Shown piece by piece: positions 11,659 through 22,992 of a DNA stretch of 38,713 nt. This stretch comes from Nemertoderma westbladi (Eukaryota; Animalia; Xenacoelomorpha), in assembly GCA_032718475.1 (NCBI GenBank), contig JAUCBJ010004874.1, positions 1 to 38,713 of the forward strand. Direction: 5' to 3'. A program made the translations under genes and the position numbers. The notes beneath the pieces were generated by a model, which searched no databases, was not told the origin of the DNA, and saw only the letters and a list, made by a program, of their open reading frames with translations. Numbering within the stretch: position 1 is the stretch's first letter; every line of letters starts with the position of its first letter.

Positions 11659-13216
11659 AACAGTTATATATCAGATACAAATAATTCACCTTTAGTCCAA
11701 GTATTACAATTATGAACTAAATATGTATCGATATCAAGCTTTACAAATTAATATGAAGTATATGCCCATTCACACACTATATTAACTAATATATACAGTA
11801 TAAGATTTATCTTTCATGAATCCTGAATCGAAGCCTTCCACGCTACAACTTATTTTCTTTGTACTACAATCTCTAGCATACGGCACTGGTTTTTTTGTTC
11901 CAATATAAATGAGTTTAGTTCTAAAAAAAAAGGCACAATGTTTGTTAGCGGAAGTGCATAGCGTATAATTAGATAACCCCAGGCTGGTCCCCCGGCTGAT
12001 AAAAGAGAATACATTAATGGGGCGATCAAGGTAATTGTTGTGGTATAATAGGTTGGGAGGGCTGACCAATAATGGTATCCAGCGATGGAACCATTAGGGC
12101 CGATTGATATCTCACACCTACACTCTCAACGTAGACAATTAGCCCCACTCCCAAAGGCTTATAGACGGTCTATTCAATACATATAGGTGCCCTATTATTG
12201 ACTCCCAACTAAATTAGGCAATCCATTGGTCTTTCCTGGACGGCCAACAATGGCTGTAACTACCGGTACCACCATTGATGCCTGAGGGGGGGGGGGGGGG
12301 GGGGGGTTGATTTGGGCCCTGTCTTTATATTGGGCTGTAGTGGTTCACTTTAGTTAAAGTTTCTAAGCCACTACCAGCCTTATTATAAATAGTTATTACT
12401 GTATTTATTTTTAATTTATTATTCATTTAGTTGTAATCTTATATTACCATATTAATATCATATTTTTCCATCGTCATTTTTTTAGTTATACTTTGTAATA
12501 TTGTTTTTATTTCATCTGGCTTAACTGCATATTGCATTATTGAGCTTATAATTTATAAGGTAAGTTTAATTATCCCAAGACTACCTACAATAAATAGCGG
12601 TACCTCTCTAGAATTGTATGTTAGAAATTTATTTAATCTACTTATTAATTGGTTCGTCCAACATGGTGACTAAGGTGTGTAGAAATGTAGCACGATCTGT
12701 TCAAAATCAAGTAGAATTGAATCTTAACATTTAATTCAGTTCATTTTTTATTCGCAACAAGGCAATTAAAATTTCATTATTTATATTATTACATGGTATA
12801 ACAACTAAGTGCAATCAATATAATTCTAATAATTAATTAAGATGTTATATACTTATAGTCGTACCCAGTGCCATGGGAGGAAAAAAAAAGGGAGGATACG
12901 ATATAGAATAGAAATACTGGAACACTAATACAATTTGATTTGATAGGTCGTCGAACCAGAGTGTTTCAAACACGAGTTAACAGTTAATGCACCTAAAATA
13001 ATACAGTAGGATCAACTAGGATCAACATCCCGACAGTCAAGACCCCAAAATCGCAATATCGACTTAAAATATTCAGTGCGTCTATACCAACTCAATAATT
13101 ACGTTTGCTAAAAGTAGTTAGGTAGCGCCCGGAGCGGGAATATGCAGTTTGGGAGGGGTACCTACATGGCCATTGAATTTTTATATTGTATGAGACTCGC
13201 TGGTTTCAGTAGTGGC

Positions 13217-13365
13217 GGCCTCAACCCTAATTAAAACTGTCATGTAACCCTAACTCTAAGTCATACGGTAATCTAAGAAATTGTACAGATGTAACCCTAT
13301 GTCATAATCTAATAAATTCCGCTAAATTTCTTAGATTATGGATTATGACTTAGGGTTAGGGTTAC
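13217..13365. mobile_element. MITE-like fold-back element, right arm truncated
   Basis: Matches 18513-18661, but the last 27 bp of the right inverted repeat are replaced by the Ulp1-like sequence. Confidence 0.75.
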
Positions 13366-14436
13366 CTCAAGTTCCTCTTGAGAAGATTGATATTTTTGAG
13401 CCAGAGTGGCACATTCAGATTCTATAAGACATAGGCGTGCCTGGATTGCAGCCACGGCTGAAATTAAGTCGCTATGAACACCTTCTACTGTAATCGTACC
13501 GTCACATGCAGTTGTATCCTGCCGTCGCAGACGTTTTCTACAAGATTCTGTGAACTGATGTTCATGCATACAGCGCAGAAGTTCGTAAGTGTCTATAGCC
13601 ATTTCGTGAGATGACGTGCGTGGTCTCAACTGGAGTGTAAGGCTTTGGACTGGTGTCATGTATTTCTTAACATTGTCCAGGAGGTGGTCTCTGGTAGTTT
13701 GATTTGTGCTAATGGGGATGGATGATATTTTGCGCAGTGCATCTTTCCTTGTAAGCTGTAAAGTCTTAAGAAGGTCATCGATTTGGTCAGTGTTTAGACT
13801 ATTCCTGGCTAGGTTAGATGTTCGGTCGACATCTAAGACAATTGGTGCGACTTTATGCCTAGTGTTGTAGGTTTGTTCGAGCAGCTCTTTAATCTTGATA
13901 TCCTTAACGCAGGCTTTTAACCACATGCGTAATGAAATACTATTTGAATGCTCTGGAATGAGGGTTGGACGTCCTATGGCCAGGGCAAGTGAATAAATGC
14001 ATATGAATGCGCCACAGTCATATGAGTTTTTTTGCCCTGGGAATGGACGAACCTTGTTCAATGTCACCCAAGGCCTGGTAGACGTACCACGTGTACTGCT
14101 GATGAGGTTGAGGAGACCGCATAAATTGTATGCCATAGCGCTTGGTGGATATGTTTTATTCATGCTGCATAAAGTATATATCGTCCTAAGTTTTTGATCA
14201 GCGACATGAAGGACGAAGTGAGTGTCATCACAATCAGGGAATACAATGATGGGCTGTGTGTCAATGTCGCAACATGCCGTAATGAAAGAGATAGCAGAGG
14301 CCTTAGCCGCCGCTGTGAACCTGCATTGATCACGAAGCTTGGTGCAAAGAGCCGAGTCAATGCAGGCAATATTTGTGGAGCTCCGGGCTAAGATAGACAA
14401 GAACGAGTCAACAATAGGGGTAGATAAATCAGTCAA
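13336..14436 (-). CDS. Ulp1/SENP-like (peptidase C48, clan CE) domain ORF, probably a transposon-derived fragment
   Basis: IVDSFL, IIVFP..DTHFVL and PGQKNSYDCGAFIC give His73, Gln135 and Cys141. The position 17 residues after the His, normally Asp, is Cys (YTLCSM). There is no start ATG (listed start is TTG; the frame stays open further upstream, DIDWNYFKPL), and the stop is borrowed from the adjacent MITE. Confidence 0.7.
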   Translation of the reverse strand: MTDLSTPIVDSFLSILARSSTNIACIDSALCTKLRDQCRFTAAAKASAISFITACCDIDTQPIIVFPDCDDTHFVLHVADQKLRTIYTLCSMNKTYPPSAMAYNLCGLLNLISSTRGTSTRPWVTLNKVRPFPGQKNSYDCGAFICIYSLALAIGRPTLIPEHSNSISLRMWLKACVKDIKIKELLEQTYNTRHKVAPIVLDVDRTSNLARNSLNTDQIDDLLKTLQLTRKDALRKISSIPISTNQTTRDHLLDNVKKYMTPVQSLTLQLRPRTSSHEMAIDTYELLRCMHEHQFTESCRKRLRRQDTTACDGTITVEGVHSDLISAVAAIQARLCLIESECATLAQKYQSSQEELEVTLTLSHNP

Positions 14437-14477
14437 AGGCTTAAAGTAATTCCAATCGATGTCACCCTCCTTGGACT

Positions 14478-15708
<1,231 letters not shown>

Positions 15709-16029
15709 TTAAATTACTACGACATATTTGCTTCTATGGCATATAAAAGAAAGACATTCTATTAAATAAATGTACAGGTTAAATATTATTATTTAAATAG
15801 AGTGTTCAATGTTTTTTTAAATTAAGGCGCTTTTACAAATAACTATTACGCGATGAACTATGTTATAGTTGAACCAATTTGGGTGAAGCTATTGCTAATT
15901 TGAGTCTGTAATGGTCGATAAATTTTTTGAGTGGACACTTTTTAGAATGTAGTGGGTGGTTGTTAGTTATGAGAGAAAAAGTCAACTTACATTGATTGTG
16001 AATACATTGAATGGATACGAGTACAAAAC

Positions 16030-16337
16030 AGTCGGAAAGTTAAGCTCCGACTATTTAGAGCAGCAGTAGTTCCAGTACTCCTCTATGGGAGTCCATGCTG
16101 GGCTTTAACTGCTGAGGACACCAAATCTCTGGATAGCACATTCACAAGAATGCTACGCCGGGTTCATTGTGTCAAGTACAATGCACACATCTCCAACCAG
16201 ATACTAGATAACATTGGAGGTGCCTCATTGGTCCCCCCAAGCTTGACACTAGAACAAAATCACCTCCGCTTTGCAGGACATTGCTTTCGCCGTGAGGACC
16301 AGCCAGTGCATAATCTTGTACTTTGGCAGCCTCATGG
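16030..16337 (+). mobile_element. RTE fragment (post-RT region)
   Basis: Matches 2608-2760 and 9490-9682. ORF 16150..16341 reads MLRRVH...RFAGHC...LWQPHG. Confidence 0.88.
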
Positions 16338-18661
16338 CTAACATATCTAATATCAAATTATGGTATTTATAATGCTAAATGCTATTGATGTTATTCGTTT
16401 CTCTATTCTCACCCGCCGTTCATATTCTTATTCCATTCTTATTCCATATTGTTCATCACAATTTTCTTATTCCATGCTTAGACTAACTCGCCATATAAAG
16501 TTCTAGACTAGAAACTGGTTCACCTCTGGAGCTACAAAATATTTCAGTTCATTTCGAATCAAATACGTAATACTTCTTCATATATATTTATTTATAGACT
16601 AAAGTATTACAACATCGTAGACACAGAACAATATCTCAGATCTTAATTCTACAATTGTATTACAGTAATGCAGCGGGAGTTAAGAATCAGCTGTACCGGC
16701 TTGTCGACAAAATTACGCCGCCACAACTCCCTATCACCAATGACATTTGCTAGATCATCCGCATCTTCAAGGCCAGTGTACTTTAAGATGCGTCTCACGA
16801 AACTCATGGGCTGTCCACCATGCTTATTCACTCCATGGGGCTTCCAAAGGATGAGAGGATTGTGCACAGACTGGTCATCATGGCGGAATTCAAGTCTCAA
16901 GCTTGGGGGGTTCTATTGGACACCTCCAATATTAACAACGGTGTCTGGTTGGAGATGTGTGCATTGTACTTGAAACAGTTATATCTCAGATACAAATAAT
17001 TCACCTTTAGTCCAAGTATTACAAATATGAACTAAATATGTATCGATATCAAGCTTTACAAATTAATATGAAGTACATGCCCATACACACACTATATTAA
17101 CTAATATATACAGTATAAGATTTATCTTTCATGAATCCTGAATCGAAGCCTTCCACGCTACAACTTATTTTCTTTGTACTACAATCTCTAGCATACGGCA
17201 CTGGTTTTTTTGTTCCAATATAAATGAGTTTAGTTCTAAAAAAAAAGGCACAATGTTTGTTAGCGGAAGTGCATAGCGTATAATTAGATAACCCCAGGCT
17301 GGTCCCCCGGCTGATAAAATAGAATACATTAATGGGGCGATCAAGGTAATTGTTGTGGTATAATAGGTTGGGAGGGCTGACCAATAATGGTATCCAGCGA
17401 TGGAACCATTAGGGCCGATTGATATCTCACACCTACACTCTCAACGTAGACAATTAGCCCCACTCCCAAAGGCTTATATACGGTCTATTCAATACATATA
17501 GGTGCCCTATTATTGACTCCCAACTAAATTAGGCAATCCATTGGTCTTTCCTGGACGGCCAACAATGGCTGTAACTACCGGTACCACCATTGATGCCTGA
17601 GGGGGGGGGGGGGGGGGGGGTTGATTTGGGCCCTGTCTTTATATTGGGCTGTAGTGGTTCACTTTAGTTAAAGTTTCTAAGCCACTACCAGCCTTCTTAT
17701 AAATAGTTATTACTGTATTTATTTTTAATTTATTATTCATTTAGTTGTAATCTTATATTACCTTATTAATATCATATTTTTCCATCGTCATTATTTTAGT
17801 TATACTTTGTAATATTGTTTTTATTTCATCTGGCTTAACTGCATATTGCATTATTGAGGTTCTAATTTATAAGGTAAGTTTAATTATCCCTACACTACAA
17901 TAAATAGCGGTACCTCTCTAGAATTGTAAATTAGGAATTTATTTAATCTACTTATTAATTGGTTCGTCCAACATGGTGACTAAGGTGTGTAGAAATGTAG
18001 CACGATCTATGCAAATTCAAGTAGAATTGAATCTTAACACTTAATTCAGTTCATTTTTTTTATTCGCAACAAGGCAATTAAAATTTCATTATTTATATTA
18101 TTACATGGTATTAATTGCAACAATATAATTCTAATAATTAATTAAGATGTTATACTTATAGTCGTACCCAGTGCCATGGGAGGAAAAAAAGGGAGGATAC
18201 GATATAAAATAGAAATACTGGAACACTAATACAATTTGATTTGAAAGGTCGTCGAACCAGAGTGTTTCAAACACGAGTTAACAGTTAATGCACCTAAAAC
18301 AATAGGATCAAATAGGATCAACATCCGGACAGTCAAGACCCCAAAATCGCAATATCGACTTAAAATATTCAGTGCGTCTATACCAACTCAATAATTACGT
18401 TTGCTAAAAGTAGTTAGGTAGCGCCCGGAGCGGGAATATGCAGTTTGGGAGGGGTACCTACATGGCCATTGAATTTTTATATTGTATGAGACTCGCTGGT
18501 TTCAGTAGTGGCGGCCTCAACCCTAATTAAAACTGTCATGTAACCCTAACTCTAAGTCATACGGTAATCTAAGAAATTGTACAGATGTAACCCTATGTCA
18601 TAATCTAATAAATTCCGCTAAATTTCTTAGATTATGGATTATGACTTAGGGTTAGGGTTAC
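16338..18661 (+). repeat. Local direct duplication, copy B
   Basis: Counterpart of 10350-13365 without the nested LINE, and it continues into the complete MITE arm. Confidence 0.93.
16648..16973 (-). mobile_element. RTE 3' end (within duplicate B)
   Basis: ORF 16649..16900 reads ILWKPHGVNKHGGQP...GDRELWRRNFVDKP. Confidence 0.88.
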
Positions 18662-18688
18662 ATGTCAGTTTTAATTATGGTTGAGGCC
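18513..18688. mobile_element. MITE-like fold-back element with TAACCC/GGGTTA motifs in its arms
   Basis: GGCCTCAACCCTAATTAAAACTGTCATGTAACCCTAACTCTAAGTCATA pairs with TATGACTTAGGGTTAGGGTTACATGTCAGTTTTAATTATGGTTGAGGCC (~49 bp, 3 mismatches). Confidence 0.8.
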
Positions 18689-19859
18689 TGACCAACTAAC
18701 CCTAACCAAAATAATAAACCAAACCATCTTTACAAGAATAAATGGTAATGATAGGCCTATGACAGTACGACAGTGTACCGGTAACTGTCTGACTAAAGGT
18801 GGTTTGCAACAGTACTGCAGTACAAGTAAGAAAAAGTATAGGTACCGGAAACTGCATTGAGCCCCCGGAGCGCTATATCATTCCGAAAGTTACCAATGAC
18901 AAGACCTTACCTTAAATTATATACCACCAATTTACAACTAGTAATTATTTAAACAATTCTTATACATCATAAATATTAAGTAAGTACTAAATATAAATAT
19001 AAAATACATGCAGTAAATAATAAACCTATGAACCAAATTGTTACACAATATTTCCATGCAGAAGAGCAATATATTTATCTCGTTAATTAATTGTACGGTA
19101 CTGTACTTATATTACAGGAAACTATTACAAAATACTGTACATACAAAAAAAATTACACATGATTAATAATAAATATAATTAAGTAATTAATTGCCAGACA
19201 TTATTTATTATTAAAAAATTCATTAAATTACAAAAATTCGTTTCACCGTAAATAATGTGCTCAAGCACCCAGCATTGATAGAACCCGCGTCAATTTTATT
19301 TATCCCGTTCAAATCGTGAGAGGAAATGCTTTTTTAGAGAGCCTTTAAAAGTGGAATAGTTCGTTACTAGTTGTTTTATTGTGTGCGGTAAGTCATTCCA
19401 TAATTTTTATATGCACTATGCACAGATATGCATAAATATATGCACAGAGGGTATGTGAGGGTCACTTTTAAATACAGTATTCTACAGCCCGACATGTTTT
19501 TTGTTGATTTTGTCAAAATCAAGATTAATAAATAAAGAATACAACAGTGGCTTATTGTTATAGTTAGGTAGTTATAGTAGCGACCATTACATTAATCAAT
19601 TTAGATTAACAAAACAAATAATAAATAATAAACAATACCAAGACCTTAAGTCGACACCAGTAACAATTAATTGTACATCTCTCTAATGGCTGATATTAAT
19701 TCGCAAAGGCGGGTTTTGCGTCCAGTCCTGTCTCACTTTTTCTGCATAGCTTCTTTCTTTCCATTGTTAATGTGTATTTCTGAAACTCTAAACAATTTAT
19801 GTAAATGTTTTTCCATGTTTTCTTTATATGTCGCTTTAATTTAACGGAAATACTGCATT

Positions 19860-20145
19860 CTTATTCACGTCGCCCCTGGATATAATGTATATATTCCCAC
19901 GAGCCATCTTTATTGATCTGGAACTAAACAGTATTGCGACCGTAACGAATCTTACATGCGTGTCGCCGTCGCCAGACCGTCGCCACCGATTTACGTAATT
20001 TACTGCCGGTAATGGGGCGGTTTAATGGGGCCAGATTCGTGTCATTGCGGGTCTCCCTTATTATGAGAGGGGGCCCCGGCCCGGGGTGGCGCCAAATGGG
20101 AGTCACATTGAGCCAAAGTGGGGCTCCAGACATTCTGTCTCGCTA
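19860..20145. promoter_or_regulatory. Candidate upstream enhancer/silencer of chordin rich in Smad-type motifs
   Basis: A GC-rich island in AT-rich DNA, with GTCGCC at 19869, 19962, 19968 and 19979, TGGCGCC at ~20087, and AGAC-N5-GTCT at 20128-20140. Function is inferred only. Confidence 0.4.
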
Positions 20146-21239
20146 CTTCACTCATTAACCACTTGGTTTTATTTGTTCACAACGTTTTGGCACATTTTAG
20201 TTACTAATCACTTACATCTTATACTTTAAAGGAAGTGTGGTGTTGGAGCAATGATCATGTAAGATTTTTTTATTCTGTTAAATTATTTAAACAATTCGGG
20301 TATATACACTAATTTCGGTAAATTGTAAAGAATTCATTCATTTAACTACTCAGTATAATCATTAAAGATGAAAGAAGGTGGGACTAAAGACCCAATCAAA
20401 ATTGATCTCACCCACTCAAGGTGATAATGAAAATCAACGCAAATAACAGCTGATTACACAGCTGTTTCAATAATTTAATAGCAATATCTACAGTACAAAT
20501 TTTACATATTTTGAACACTATATTGTGCAATTTATCAATGCGGTACTATATAATATTGTATATAGACATTCGTCTGAATTAAAGATACCATAACACCCCT
20601 AAATAAAACTGTAACCTATTATATTTGATTTTTGTCTCTTGTTTTGGTTAGAATAACGTGCCTCTGTAACCTGCTCCCTTCCTTTAATTTATAGTTGAAC
20701 ATTGGGACGAGATATTATTTACGTCAAGTTATCAAGTTTAATATTTTGGTAGCCTTTATAGCTAAGAATTGTAGCCAACCAACCCATTAAGCACTCCCAC
20801 ATACTGTCAGGATCTCATCACACCCTAATCAATCACAGAAAAGTATTTATTTCATTTTATCTCTTAAATGCGGCTTAGGATATGGAATTTTCTCCACCGG
20901 TAATTGAAAAATCATTTTTAGGCAAAAAAACACTTAGTAGATAAAAATCTAAAATCAGTCAAAATACTTTCTGTCGATGACAATTTTCTCGCCCCCGAAC
21001 TAAAACCACCCAGCCCTCAGACAGTCTGACTCCTTAGTTGTTATTTTTTCAAATTTTAAAATAACTTATCGCGTTATTTGAGTAGTTTATGCAGTCTGGT
21101 CGTCTCGTGTGGTCCTTGGCGACAGGAATCCTTAGTCTCGCGTCGCACATCTGTTACGAATTTATCGAGTTTGTTTCGCCACATCATTCCACTCCGTAAA
21201 GCGACAGAATGTCGCCAACATTATAAAAAGTTCCGCATG

Positions 21240-21247
21240 TATATAAA
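21240..21247 (+). promoter_or_regulatory. Putative TATA box of chordin
   Basis: TATATAAA follows a GC-richer stretch and lies ~30-35 bp before TTCTTCAG. A second TATAAAAA lies at ~21222. Confidence 0.45.
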
Positions 21248-21269
21248 CCCCCTCGAGAGCTTCTAGGAT

Positions 21270-21432
21270 TCTTCAGCTTTTGTTTTTTTTAACAAAGTTT
21301 TCCGAAACAGCAACTGGATTCAACTTCAAAAAAAATTACATTCATCAGGATTCTTTAACTTTGGCTTACTCGAGGTTGATTGCATTTCGACACAAATTAC
21401 TCCTATTAAAACAGTGTTGCACTATTTTAATC
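21270..21432 (+). other. chrd: Putative non-coding first exon (5' UTR) of chordin
   Basis: An ATG-free stretch after the TATA box ending at a consensus donor GTAAGT (21433). A matching acceptor TTTTTTATTTCGCTCCAG ends at 22466. The start coordinate is approximate. Confidence 0.45.
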
Positions 21433-22537
21433 GTAAGTATGATTATTTTATAGCTAAGTACTTCAATTCAAACTTCACTTCAGACAAATAATTTGTATTT
21501 TGTGAAACAGGTACAATAAAGTCTTGTTTTACTTTTTTACCTTTCCACTTATTTTTTATTTATTTTTATTTTCAGTAAGGACAGTCCATGATGTAATCTT
21601 GTACTCCATTTTTTGTTACTAAGCGAAATAATGTTGCCTTTACAGCTTTAGACAACTACTGTACTTTACTACATACTACATGTGTATGTAACTGAACCTG
21701 CAACTTCAAATGAACCCCGGCAGTTAGTATTAGTATCATGAACAGTAGCAGAAAGCAAAATTTATCAATTTGTTTTAAAAAATTTAACGTAATGATTTTT
21801 ATCAGTGTCATTTCGTGATCTTACCGTGTTTGATTTACACTACACATGTAATACATACTTGTTTCAACATGCAAAGCACTTTACTGGTTCACGAGCCTCG
21901 TGGCCATATTTTCACTCACTCGCTACGATCGTTTGTGTAACGCATATTCAACCACTCAGATCAACAGCTAAAGTGCATAAATAAATATGTAAATTGTTAT
22001 TACATCAAAGTGTTTAAAATGGTATTGTACAGTACTGTATAGGATTTATATTATGTGATATTCTCCAAGCAATATGGCCAGTCAGTGATGCAATCTTAAG
22101 TTTGCATGTTTACGCCGTCCATTGAGTGATGTAATACAGCACATTGCAGTTTGCAACGTCTGTTCAAAATCAGGGCCATCAAATATATACATTTTATCCA
22201 CTTGTAATAAATTATTAATTCGGTTTCCTCTTCCTTATACTGTATGGCAGATGTCACCCCCATATTTATACTAAGAGTCACAGAAATTACAGTATTTGTT
22301 TGAAGTTTTTTCCAGTAAAAATCGTGCTTCTAATTCGAATTCAACTCTATACCCCTGATATAATTATACATCCCTTTTTCCTTGCGGGATCACAGGGCAT
22401 ATGATATTGATACCGTAGAGACGTGTTGGTGCCTTTGTTATATACACCTTTTTTATTTCGCTCCAGGGAGGAACCTGATACAACAGCTGCTGGTACCACA
22501 GACGCGATCATTAACCCCCTTCCGGTATACAGAAACA

Positions 22538-22992
22538 ATGCCTTGGGCTTCTTCGCAGAGAAATTATCCCCAGCCTGTCGTAATGTATAGGTGGCTCATT
22601 GTAATTGTAGCCGCGGTGAGCACCGTCGCTGAATTACCAATCAGACAGTTTATAGATCCAACGATGCTCTCCGACAGACCCTACGGTGCCGTCACCCAGT
22701 GTAACTTCAACGGGACGCTGTACAACGAAGGGGACGGGTTCACCCCAAAGTTGGACGGGAGTCCCACGGTCTGCGTCCGCTGCGAGTGTCGCGTGGTCGA
22801 CATGGTGGCCAAACTCGCGTGTTGGAATGTCCGAGACTACTGTCCCGAGGTGGACTGCGAGGACGCTATAGAGGACTCCACTGGCTGCTGTAAGCGTTGC
22901 CCCGGTGATCCGTTGTTAGAGAAGATTGACAACACCGGTGGTGGCGATTCCAGATACGGCGGTGGACATGTTGGCAAAGAACATATGTATCG
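22538..22992 (+). CDS. chrd: chordin coding exon 1: signal peptide + CR1 (VWC)
   Basis: MYRWLIVIVAAVSTVA hydrophobic leader, then a 10-Cys domain CNFNG..CVRCEC..CWNVRDYCP..C..GCCKRCP (22700-22903). Donor CG|GTGAGT. An alternative start ATG is at 22583. Confidence 0.9.

Larger units (their letters stand above)
10350..13365 (+). repeat. Local direct duplication, copy A (includes an extra ~0.68-kb LINE insertion)
   Basis: Near-identical by eye to 16338-18661 from CTAA.ATATCTAATATCAAATT to TTAGGGTTAGGGTTAC. ORFs 11782..12069 and 17097..17384 differ by one residue. Confidence 0.93.

Noticed and set aside
11782-12069. 95-aa ORF conserved in two copies (also 17097..17384)
   Set aside because: The conservation reflects the recent DNA duplication. 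It has no ATG start or recognisable domain.
13350-13365. TTAGGG telomere seed or healed chromosome end
   Set aside because: Only about two units, and they are part of the MITE arm that is complete in copy B.
22382-22466. N-terminal part of ORF 22382..22996 as coding
   Set aside because: It begins at TTG and lies upstream of a strong acceptor at 22466, so it is intronic.
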